The notes under the pieces: model-generated
Seen by the model: the letters and a program-made list of their open reading frames with translations, nothing else
The model's database searches: none
What the model was told of the DNA's origin: nothing
Part shown: positions 20,563 through 28,541 of the stretch, piece by piece
How positions within the stretch are numbered: position 1 is the stretch's first letter
How the letters are laid out: every line of letters starts with the position of its first letter
Program-made: the position numbers and the translations under genes
NCBI GenBank assembly: GCA_016181405.1
Contig: JACOZJ010000004.1
Span: 5,479-69,478 of the forward strand
Direction of reading: 5' to 3'
DNA length: 64,000 nt
DNA from: Candidatus Wildermuthbacteria bacterium
Lineage (GTDB): Bacteria > Patescibacteriota > Minisyncoccia > Minisyncoccales > UBA10102

Positions 20563-21607
20563 AACCTCGGAGCGCCATTCCTACTGCTACGGCATAGGAA
20601 GGCCCCATGTCTTTGATTACTTCTTCAAGCAACGGGGGGTACAGAATGTTGTGGAACGGATTGATAACTTCGGTTTGCTTTCCAAATTGCTTTTCAAGAT
20701 ATTCTGCAAGCCCGGGGAGCCTCGCTGATCCCCCAGACAGCACAATTTTTCGCACAACTCCGGCGCTCTGCCGGTCAAACCCTTCCAGCGCCTTTCGGAT
20801 CTCCGTAACAATCAAATCCACTATCGGCACTAAAATCCGAACATTCCCCTGCACTAAATGTATCCCTTTTTGGAGTTTTTCCTCTTCCGCCTTCCTGTAG
20901 TTAACCGACAAACTTTGCGCAATGCGTTCGGTAAAATTGTTTCCTCCGACGTTAATGGTCTGGGAAAGTCGCACCATACTCTTGGCAACCACGCTTACCG
21001 TAGTCGTATGAGATCCAATATCTATTAGCACAGCCGGCTCTCTTTCTTCTTTAAAGTACGAACGGATATTGCCGAATACTTCTGCTTCCAAGGCAATCAA
21101 CGTCAAACCAGCGAATCTAGCAATCTCTTCGTAGTAGTTCACCACTTCCTTGGGAACCGCGACAAGCAATATGCGAGAACGCTTGTCTTTCGTTTTTTCG
21201 AGCAGTTGCCAGTCGAGCACTACTTCAGATAAGGGAAGGGGCACATGACGCCTTGCTTCAAACCGCACCGCAGATCCCAGTTCTTCTTCCTTTATGAAGG
21301 GAAGTTCGAAGGTGGTAAAAAAAGTCGAATAGTCGGAAATCGAAAAAATCGCCTTTTTTTCCGCCATATGGGTTTCCTCAAAAATCCCGCGTAGCGCCTT
21401 GGCGATATCGTTTGTGGAAAGCAGCAGCGCATTTTTTTCAAATGAGCGAAAGGGCTCTTTGTACATCGTGCGCATACGGATCTCTCCGTAATTTTTCAGC
21501 GTTCTGCGGTCGCCCCAACCGCCAATTTCCACCACGCGTAAAGCCGAACTCCCCACGTCAATGCCCAAAAAAGTTTTCGGAACTACATCTAAGGAAAACC
21601 AACTCAT
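20555..21607 (-). CDS. pilM: Type IV pilus assembly ATPase-fold protein PilM (actin-like)
   Basis: 350 aa. N-terminal FLGIDVGSSALRVVEIG phosphate-1 motif, DIGSHTTTVSV, and LSGGSARLPGLAEYL. Confidence 0.85.
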   Translation of the reverse strand: MSWFSLDVVPKTFLGIDVGSSALRVVEIGGWGDRRTLKNYGEIRMRTMYKEPFRSFEKNALLLSTNDIAKALRGIFEETHMAEKKAIFSISDYSTFFTTFELPFIKEEELGSAVRFEARRHVPLPLSEVVLDWQLLEKTKDKRSRILLVAVPKEVVNYYEEIARFAGLTLIALEAEVFGNIRSYFKEEREPAVLIDIGSHTTTVSVVAKSMVRLSQTINVGGNNFTERIAQSLSVNYRKAEEEKLQKGIHLVQGNVRILVPIVDLIVTEIRKALEGFDRQSAGVVRKIVLSGGSARLPGLAEYLEKQFGKQTEVINPFHNILYPPLLEEVIKDMGPSYAVAVGMALRGFE

Positions 21608-21642
21608 TTCATTATACCAACTCGCGCATTATAATAAAAACG

Positions 21643-22281
21643 ATGCATACTCTTGATATTTTATTTCCGAAACAATGTCTTGGGTGCAAAAGAGAAGGGA
21701 ACTACTGCTGCGAAGATTGTCTCTCTCTTCTGTCGATCGCCCGCACCCCATCTGTTCTTGGCGCGCGCTCATCTCTTTCTGCTTTGTTTTGCGCAACATC
21801 GTTTCAAGATCCATTCGTACAACAGCTTATTCACTCTTTCAAATACCCACCCTTCCTCCGGGATCTCGCCCGACCCTTAGCTTTCTCTATCATAGCGCAT
21901 TTCAATTTGCTCAACAAACCAATTTATCCACCAGATACGATTTGTCCCATCCCTCTGCACAAAAAACGCTTAAAGTGGCGCGGGTATAACCATGCAGAAG
22001 AATTGGCAAGGCAGTTAGGCCACGCACTTTCTCTTCCTGTGGTTTCAGACGCGCTCTGCAGAACAAAATACACTGCCCCACAGGCAAATTTAGGCAAAGA
22101 AAAACGCCTCGCCAATATGAAAGGTGTTTTTCGCGTAGCAAACTCGCAAGCGATAGCTGCAAAGAATATTCTCTTAGTGGACGATGTGTACACTACCGGA
22201 GCCACCATGGAAGAATGCGCTTTTGTGCTTAAAAAATCCGGCGCCGCCCATGTTTTCGGCGTCACCGTCGCCCGGGGGTAA
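21643..22281 (+). CDS. comF: ComF family protein (ComFC-like phosphoribosyltransferase-fold)
   Basis: ATG at 21643. N-terminal Zn-finger CLGCKREGNYCCEDCL and C-terminal PRT motif ILLVDDVYTTGATMEE. Divergent from pilM. Confidence 0.85.
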   Translation: MHTLDILFPKQCLGCKREGNYCCEDCLSLLSIARTPSVLGARSSLSALFCATSFQDPFVQQLIHSFKYPPFLRDLARPLAFSIIAHFNLLNKPIYPPDTICPIPLHKKRLKWRGYNHAEELARQLGHALSLPVVSDALCRTKYTAPQANLGKEKRLANMKGVFRVANSQAIAAKNILLVDDVYTTGATMEECAFVLKKSGAAHVFGVTVARG

Positions 22282-22300
22282 GTAGGCGGCGGGTGAGGAG

Positions 22301-22837
22301 TTATATTGTAAACTCTAGAATTTGCGCATTATCGATTTTAATCTCCCACATCTCCTCGTTGGATAGTTTATGAAAGTACCCATAGACTATTTTCATTATC
22401 TCGCTGTGAGTAATAATAAGCATAGTTTCATAACCTCGTCGAGGTAAATCATCGAGAAAACTGAAGACCCTTTCTTTTTCTTCTAAAAAGGATTCTCCTT
22501 CATTGAATTTTACGCTCCATTTATCTGGAGCGCTTTCAACGGCGGCAAAAAATGCCGAGGCCGATTTACTCTCGAAACCGGTCTTGCGATCATTGATACG
22601 CGAGTCAACAAGGATAGGAACATTATGATACTTATTAATTATTTCAGCGGTCTCTCTTGTTCGAGATAGCTCTGAAATTATTATGCCGCCAATCGTTTCA
22701 TTTTTTAGTTTTTCGGCAAGGAATTCCGACTGTTCTCGGCCTCGTACGGTTAGGTGAACTTCTTTTGAGGAATCGTCATTGCAGAGATTCGCAACATTAT
22801 AATTTGTCTCTCCATGCCTCACAAAATAAATTTTCAT
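22301..22837 (-). CDS. Histidine phosphatase family protein (phosphoglycerate-mutase-like)
   Basis: MKIYFVRHGETNYN (RHG motif) and a later ITHSEIM histidine. Confidence 0.85.
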   Translation of the reverse strand: MKIYFVRHGETNYNVANLCNDDSSKEVHLTVRGREQSEFLAEKLKNETIGGIIISELSRTRETAEIINKYHNVPILVDSRINDRKTGFESKSASAFFAAVESAPDKWSVKFNEGESFLEEKERVFSFLDDLPRRGYETMLIITHSEIMKIVYGYFHKLSNEEMWEIKIDNAQILEFTI

Positions 22838-22886
22838 ATTGTTTCGCTCCCCTCCTCACTCATCTTCACAATGTTCAGATTCGTTG

Positions 22887-22969
22887 CGGAGGGTGAGGGA
22901 TTCGAACCCCCAAGGGCTTTCGCCCGCCAGTTTTCAAGACTGGTGCATTAGCCGTTCTGCCAACCCTCC
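22887..22969 (-). tRNA. tRNA-Ser (anticodon TGA)
   Basis: The reverse complement folds as GGAGGGT / CCAGT-CTTGAAA-ACTGG / long variable arm CGGGCGAAAGCCCTTG / GGGGG-TTCGAAT-CCCTC / ACCCTCC-G. CCA is not encoded. Confidence 0.9.
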
Positions 22970-23021
22970 AAAGTGACTTAAAAATAACACAAAATAGGCT
23001 TACTGGCAATTTTTCAAAAAC

Positions 23022-23058
23022 AAAATCCACCCTGAGTAGAGTCAGAAGGGTGGATTTT
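23022..23058 (-). terminator. Rho-independent terminator downstream of the DUF2795-like gene
   Basis: aaaatccaccct-(13 nt)-agggtggatttt. On the minus strand it is followed by ttttgttttt. Confidence 0.7.
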
Positions 23059-23085
23059 ATCTACTGAACACCAATTTTCCTTTTC

Positions 23086-23277
23086 TTACCAGCCAAGCGC
23101 TTTCGCGACTTCATCCGCGGAGTTATAGGTTCCTTCGGGAAGACTGCTCTCGAACTCACGCTTATCCTCTTCTGAAAAATCAGACAGATTACCGCAGGCT
23201 GCGACAAGTTCAGCCTTTGTGGCTGGATAACTTTGGTGAGTCTGGAGATGTTCTTTGGCTCCTTGAACGTTTTGCAT
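23086..23277 (-). CDS. Small DUF2795-like protein
   Basis: 63 aa. YPATKAELVAACGNLSDFSEEDKREFESSLPEGTYNSADEV resembles the DUF2795 pattern as I recall it from memory. Confidence 0.55.
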   Translation of the reverse strand: MQNVQGAKEHLQTHQSYPATKAELVAACGNLSDFSEEDKREFESSLPEGTYNSADEVAKALGW

Positions 23278-23358
23278 ACAAGTAAGGCTTTTTAATATTT
23301 ATTACAGCCGACCTTGTATCCCTAATATACCATATCTATTGCCGCAAAGCGAGGATAC

Positions 23359-24060
23359 CTAAATACCCACCCTTGTTTTTTCTGCTGGCGAAAAGCGCTC
23401 TATTGCGTATCGAAGTGTCAAGCGCGGCATGATGTGTTTGTGGATTTTCAGAAAATCCATCTCCACTTTTTTATCTCGCTTGCCAACTTCGCGAAGCATC
23501 CAACCTACGGCTTTATGAATCAAGTCGTGCTCGTCACGCATAAGCAACTGCGCAATCTGAAGGGTAGGTTTAAACTGATTACATTTTATGAACTGAAAGG
23601 TGGCGATTATCGCAATGCGTCGCTCCCAAAGATTTTTTGAACGCGCCAGCTTTCCGAGGATAGTTATCTCTTTGGGATTATCCAAAAGATACTGCCCAAC
23701 AATTTTATCTGCTGTTAGATCAACAAGATCCCAATTATTAACATGCTTGGTGTGCGCGAGGTAATACCGATATATGGTTTTTTGAGTTTCAGCGCCACCC
23801 TTTTGGAAGTTATAAACCAAAATCAGAAGCCCAACGAGCCTCTCTTCGTGCACTGGCGATGCCAAGAGTTTTTTAATGTCGGAGAATGACAAGTTTTTGT
23901 ATGCCACAGCCAACGACCTCGATTCTGACACCATGACGCCCAAAAACACATCCCCTTCACCATACTGCCCAGGCCCGGTTTTAAAAAACCTCTGTAGTAT
24001 TTCCTTCTTTTTGGGGTTGGCAAACTTCCGAAGATCCGCCTTGAGTCTTTCGAACAACAT
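23359..24060 (-). CDS. DNA alkylation repair protein (AlkD-like HEAT-repeat glycosylase family)
   Basis: 233 aa. LRKFANPKKKEILQRFFKTGPGQYGEGDVFLGV ... NNWDLVD ... HDLIHKAVGWMLREVG matches that family. Confidence 0.8.
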   Translation of the reverse strand: MLFERLKADLRKFANPKKKEILQRFFKTGPGQYGEGDVFLGVMVSESRSLAVAYKNLSFSDIKKLLASPVHEERLVGLLILVYNFQKGGAETQKTIYRYYLAHTKHVNNWDLVDLTADKIVGQYLLDNPKEITILGKLARSKNLWERRIAIIATFQFIKCNQFKPTLQIAQLLMRDEHDLIHKAVGWMLREVGKRDKKVEMDFLKIHKHIMPRLTLRYAIERFSPAEKTRVGI

Positions 24061-24147
24061 GAATCTATCGTATCAAAAAATCGCCCCGCCAGCGATTTTT
24101 TGTTCCAGCTACGCAGCGTTAGAATTTTCCAAAGACGAAAGCTAGAA

Positions 24148-25323
24148 TTAGAGTTCGAGAATTTGGCGAGGAGTACCTCCGTCGGAAGGAATACTCCATA
24201 GGAATAAACGCCCAGGCGCGTTTTTGAGGCCTGCCCGAAAGATAATGTATTGGCTGTCAGCGCTAAAAAAGAAATCTCCAATATACATATCTGAAAGGCC
24301 GAGGGCATCTCGAGAAACGATAACACGAGACTGCAATCCGTTTCGATCCGCAACGCAGATATCTCCGGGAATTGATGGACATAATGCAGCTACTTTATCT
24401 CCAAGGAATGAACGCACCCCATACCGCAAATTATTCCAATATGCAGGTTGAATTGTAGCAACATCTCGAGTCCCCACGCTTGTATTATAGGTTATCCACA
24501 CATTAGGTTGAGGTCCGCCAGCTTCGGCAAGCACCCCGTAGTGGAGGTATTCGTTTGCATCAAAAAACATTTCATCACGCACGGGGGTCTGCGCTGGGGT
24601 TTCAAGCATTACGGTCGTAGATTGATCTTTCGAGGTATCATACAGCGCAATGCCGCGCACCATCTCCCCAGCTTCGTTTTGCATATCACCCAACACTGCA
24701 ATAAATTGCCCGCTTGAAGAAAGCTCAAAGTTATAAATCCTCCCAAACTCAATATAATCCGTGGAAGGATTCTTTACATAATGAATTTCTCTTTCCTGAA
24801 GGTCGTAATATTCAAGATTGTTAACCTCTTGCCCTTCTCGACGCTGAGTCAATTGCCACGCAACAATGGTGCCTTTTGAGGACCATCGAGGCCGAGACGC
24901 AAAAATCTCATTAGTAGCCAGCCTCCGAGGGTGGCTCACAATTTGAGAAACTACTCTGGTGTTTACATCAACAATCTTTGTAACCTCTTCGCTGCTGTTG
25001 GCAAGACGTTCAACATATACAATATACTTCCCATCGGGAGACTGCTCTGCGATAAATACAGGATCGTTCGTGGACAGCTCTGGCTCTGAACCATCGAAGT
25101 TGGCGAGAAAGAGCTGCGAGTTTTTGATAAAAGCCACAGAGCCGTTGGGAATTTCTTTCGTATTTTCATTTGTTTCGGATGGCACTTGCACCGCTTCCTT
25201 ATTCTCTGAACTCTTTAATTTCTGGGATATCGTATCTCCAAAAATTATATATCCTGCGCCGCCCGCAAACAGCAGGAAAACAAGGACCGCTAAAATTATC
25301 TTTGGAAAATTTTTCTGATTCAT
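24148..25323 (-). CDS. Membrane-anchored WD40-like/TolB-like beta-propeller protein
   Basis: ATG at 25323 (MNQKNFPKIILAVLVFLLFAGGAGYIIF). Repeated SPDGKYIV / SSSGQFIAV / SADSQYIIF strand motifs typical of TolB-like propellers. Confidence 0.6.
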   Translation of the reverse strand: MNQKNFPKIILAVLVFLLFAGGAGYIIFGDTISQKLKSSENKEAVQVPSETNENTKEIPNGSVAFIKNSQLFLANFDGSEPELSTNDPVFIAEQSPDGKYIVYVERLANSSEEVTKIVDVNTRVVSQIVSHPRRLATNEIFASRPRWSSKGTIVAWQLTQRREGQEVNNLEYYDLQEREIHYVKNPSTDYIEFGRIYNFELSSSGQFIAVLGDMQNEAGEMVRGIALYDTSKDQSTTVMLETPAQTPVRDEMFFDANEYLHYGVLAEAGGPQPNVWITYNTSVGTRDVATIQPAYWNNLRYGVRSFLGDKVAALCPSIPGDICVADRNGLQSRVIVSRDALGLSDMYIGDFFFSADSQYIIFRAGLKNAPGRLFLWSIPSDGGTPRQILEL

Positions 25324-25430
25324 GAACCTAACATAGCGCGTTTTCTTGCAAAATAAAAGAGCCGACGAGGAAACTTGCCAGCCTGACGATCCCAACTATC
25401 TCGCCTACGAAAAGTGCCATCGTACGCTCC

Positions 25431-26849
25431 TTATCGAAGTGTGCTACCTAAAAGAACTCCATCTGCCCAATAGAATCCGGTTTCTCCAGACGGCAAAATG
25501 TCGTAAGTGTAACCCTTGGCATACGATACGAGCGTGGCGCTTGCTACGTTGCTTCCATCGAGAACGTCACCGGGAGAAAGCTCGCCTACGGAGCGACCAT
25601 CTGCGGTCGGATGCTTTGGCGAAGCAAAGACTTCCCGGCCATCTTCAAGCGCAATATGAACCACTTGATGAGTAGCAGACACAGAAGTTTTTGCCGTTTC
25701 AAGCACAACACCCGCAACACGTTTGCCTTCGGCATTCGCCGTCCACACTAAATCTCCTGTATGCAGCTTCTGCACAGCAACTTCACCAGAAGGCGTATCA
25801 ATCAATGTATTTTCTGCTAAACATATCGGGCAGGGACGGTTGAAATCTGTTTTCTTTACAAACACAGCAGTATCGCCCTCAATGCGAATAAGGGTAAGCT
25901 GCACAGTGCAACCATTACTTACTATCTCTCCCACGCGCAATGTCACGGGATAACCCCGGTCAGTTGCCACAGGGTATTCCCAAAAGTTTAAACCTTCTAC
26001 ATAATCTGAATAAATGTTCTGCAGCAAAAACGAACTTTCACGTTGCCCTTCTCGAAGGATTATTTCTTGCCCCTTGAGATTTTCTTTTATGGAAGCAATA
26101 TCAATAGTGCCCACAATGTCGTATGCATTGCCATCTGGCCCAAATACTCCTTCCGTACTCAACACACCCACAACCTCAACCTGCAAACCAGTGGTAGAAA
26201 ACCTATAGTCCGGGTCGTATTTAAAAAGATTTGTTAACGCGTAATGCTTGCCATCCTCGCCCTTCAGGCCAATAGCGCATTCTAATGTTTGCGGGCCCGA
26301 ACCTTTTTTAGGCAAGCAAGTTATCTCGCCAAGAATAGTGACTGGTTTGCCAACTGGAACTGGCGAAGGTGTACTCGTTGGATTTTCCAGAACTTCAATA
26401 AGCGCCTCGGCCGCTTGTTCGTCCTGAACGCTTATGCCAAGCCGTTTGGAAAGATTTTCCAGCAGAATTCCGTATCCCTTGTTTGATATGGTTCTTTCAG
26501 CCGACGTAATCGGTTGGGTTGCTATTCTCTCATATACAAGCTGCCCACCCTCATACCGGTAAACGCCTTCAAATGCCAGGACTCCGTCGAAATCCTCCTC
26601 TTGCAATCCCGGAAATGCCTGCATAAGTAAAAACGCGTCAAACCCCTCAATCGGCTGACCCTGTTTTTCCACTCCGCGGGATACCAGCTTGTTTTGAAAC
26701 GCATCCACGATTTCTGCGGGAATGACGTTCGTATCTTCTCTATCGCGAGACTCTTGCAACCCAAGAATAAAACCAACGATACCCAGCGCAACCGAGAGTA
26801 CCAGAATAGTGCCGGAAAACGCGATGAGTATTTTTTGTGATTTTTTCAC
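25431..26849 (-). CDS. Membrane-anchored extracellular protein ending in a Hint (Hedgehog/intein-like) domain
   Basis: C-terminal ~130 aa: CLAENTLIDTPSGEVAVQKLHTGDLVWTANAEGKRVAGVVLE...YTYDILPSGETGFYWADGVLLGSTLR. The GTG at 26849 gives MKKSQKILIAFSGTILVLSV and avoids overlap with the upstream gene. The longest ORF extends to 27002. Confidence 0.75.
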   Translation of the reverse strand: MKKSQKILIAFSGTILVLSVALGIVGFILGLQESRDREDTNVIPAEIVDAFQNKLVSRGVEKQGQPIEGFDAFLLMQAFPGLQEEDFDGVLAFEGVYRYEGGQLVYERIATQPITSAERTISNKGYGILLENLSKRLGISVQDEQAAEALIEVLENPTSTPSPVPVGKPVTILGEITCLPKKGSGPQTLECAIGLKGEDGKHYALTNLFKYDPDYRFSTTGLQVEVVGVLSTEGVFGPDGNAYDIVGTIDIASIKENLKGQEIILREGQRESSFLLQNIYSDYVEGLNFWEYPVATDRGYPVTLRVGEIVSNGCTVQLTLIRIEGDTAVFVKKTDFNRPCPICLAENTLIDTPSGEVAVQKLHTGDLVWTANAEGKRVAGVVLETAKTSVSATHQVVHIALEDGREVFASPKHPTADGRSVGELSPGDVLDGSNVASATLVSYAKGYTYDILPSGETGFYWADGVLLGSTLR

Positions 26850-26889
26850 GATACTTTGATTGATTTTAAAGTAACCAACCAGCAAAAAA

Positions 26890-27654
26890 TTATAAGTGAA
26901 ATTCCATCCCATCCACAGCAGCGGTTGTTTGAGGAAAAATCTTTTTTGCCTGTTCTTGTGCCCATTTTCTATCCTCCAGGGAGGGATAAGCCTGAGCTCC
27001 AAAATGAGTAAGGATAAGCTGTCTCACGTTTGACTCCTTTGCCAATGTTGCCGCTTGCACGGGGTCGAAATGCCCCCAAGCATCTGGCATCTCTGTCTTT
27101 TTATTACTGCACTCGCAAATAAGTAAGTCAACATTTTGGGTAAGTTTTTTGATTGCGTCAGTGGGGCCGCAATCACCAGTATATGCAACAACCTTTCCTT
27201 CCAGCTCAAAGCGATACCCATGGCCAACATACGCATGGTGCTGTTCTATGGCAGCAGCCGGGAATGGGATGTTTTCCTCCTGTTCAGAAAGTTCATGGAG
27301 GCGTATCTCTGTTTTCAAAGTCGCAATGTTTTCCGGTTTGGGTTTATAGCCAATCGTAAAAGGAGGATTTACCAAAGTTTCAAAATCTTTTACCCTGCCT
27401 TTGCCAACATACACATCTATTCCTTGCTTGAAATCGAATTTTGCCAAGGCATGAAGCCCCGATATGTGGTCGATATGAAAATGAGAAATAAAAAGCGCAA
27501 TGGGCTTCTTCTCGGCAATGAAGCTATCCAACTTATACAGTCCGTTGCCGGCATCCAAAACTACATACTGATCTTTTGCGTCAACAAGAATACATGGGGT
27601 ATCTCCCGTAGGACTTGGGTACCATCCATTTGTTCCAAGAAAAAGAATTTTCAT
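26890..27654 (-). CDS. MBL-fold metallo-hydrolase, RNase Z-like
   Basis: ATG at 27654. MKILFLGTNGWYPSPTGDTPCILVD...VLDAGNG and ISHFHIDHISGL (HxHxDH). The longer ORF would run through the adjacent tRNA. Confidence 0.85.
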   Translation of the reverse strand: MKILFLGTNGWYPSPTGDTPCILVDAKDQYVVLDAGNGLYKLDSFIAEKKPIALFISHFHIDHISGLHALAKFDFKQGIDVYVGKGRVKDFETLVNPPFTIGYKPKPENIATLKTEIRLHELSEQEENIPFPAAAIEQHHAYVGHGYRFELEGKVVAYTGDCGPTDAIKKLTQNVDLLICECSNKKTEMPDAWGHFDPVQAATLAKESNVRQLILTHFGAQAYPSLEDRKWAQEQAKKIFPQTTAAVDGMEFHL

Positions 27655-27656
27655 GT

Positions 27657-27748
<92 letters not shown>

Positions 27749-27810
27749 TCGTGGAGTCATTGTAGCCAAAAACGCTTGAAAAATCAACTCAAAAAAGCTA
27801 CAGTAATAAT

Positions 27811-27916
27811 GCCCGACAAAAACAAGCAGTTGATACCCTGGGCGTTTCGTTACGCTCATCCGTCCCTCCGGGACATGGATTCGCTGAAACGCCCGACAAA
27901 ATTCAAGCAGTTGAAT
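27811..27916 (+). repeat. Two ~25-nt direct repeats bracketing a ~53-nt imperfect hairpin, immediately upstream of tRNA-Arg
   Basis: gcccgacaaaaacaagcagttgata (27811-27835) and gcccgacaaaattcaagcagttgaat (27891-27916). Between them ggcgtttc...gtccc-tcc-gggac...gaaacgcc. Confidence 0.5.
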
Positions 27917-27919
27917 TTT

Positions 27920-27994
27920 GTCCCCATAGCTCAACGGATAGAGCGTGGCCCTGCGGAGGCCAAGATGGAGGTTCGATTCCCCCTGGGGACACCA
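27920..27994 (+). tRNA. tRNA-Arg (anticodon GCG), CCA encoded
   Basis: GTCCCCA TA GCTC AACGGATA GAGC G TGGCC CTGCGGA GGCCA ... TTCGATT ... TGGGGAC A CCA. There is one A-C mismatch in the T stem. Confidence 0.82.
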
Positions 27995-28013
27995 GCCAAA
28001 AAGGAGTATACGT

Positions 28014-28541
28014 ATGCCGTTACCTTCGCCAGAATCTTACATTCACCCGAACGTTGAAAAACGCTGGATAAACCAACAACTGCAATATGGCCTTTTCGCG
28101 AAAGCACCTATCCGCGCGGGAGAAGTTGTCCTGCGCGACGGAGGAAGAATTCTGTCCAAAGAAGAATATTTGCAGCTCTCTTCCGCGTGTAGAGAATTTC
28201 CATACCAGATAGATTCTTCCTCGATATTGGCCCCGGAAAGTTGCGACAGCGTTCCAGACGAATGGCTCGCCAACCACTCTTGTGATCCTACAGTGGTATA
28301 CAAAGAACCATATACGTGGGTTGCGCTTCGCGATATATCCGCCGGCGAAGAAATTACTTGTGATTACGCCACTACCTGGACAGAGGATACGGAAGATGAA
28401 GAAATGGAATGTTTTTGCAACGCCAAAAACTGCCGGAAAAAATGGACCAGCAGAGATTGGATGCTGCCAGAGCTTCAAAAACGTCTGAAGGGATTTTTTA
28501 CAAAAGGCGTGCAAAATAAAATTGATTCTCAAGCGCCATGA
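28014..28541 (+). CDS. SET-domain protein (putative lysine methyltransferase)
   Basis: ATG at 28014, preceded by aaaaaggag. Motifs LANHSCDPT, GEEITCDYATTW and post-SET-like CFCNAKNCRKKW. Confidence 0.85.
   Translation: MPLPSPESYIHPNVEKRWINQQLQYGLFAKAPIRAGEVVLRDGGRILSKEEYLQLSSACREFPYQIDSSSILAPESCDSVPDEWLANHSCDPTVVYKEPYTWVALRDISAGEEITCDYATTWTEDTEDEEMECFCNAKNCRKKWTSRDWMLPELQKRLKGFFTKGVQNKIDSQAP

Noticed and set aside
23823-24353. 176-aa minus-strand ORF bridging two genes
   Set aside because: It overlaps the AlkD-like gene and the beta-propeller gene out of frame and crosses their intergenic spacer.
26850-27002. N-terminal extension of the Hint-domain ORF (also the 5-prime extensions at 27655-27708, 21412-21642, 59595-59681, 42417-42653, 46681-46761 and 25324-25395)
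   Set aside because: The extensions overlap upstream genes, tRNAs or terminators and lack signal-peptide character. Internal starts give canonical N-termini and typical short or ATGA junctions.
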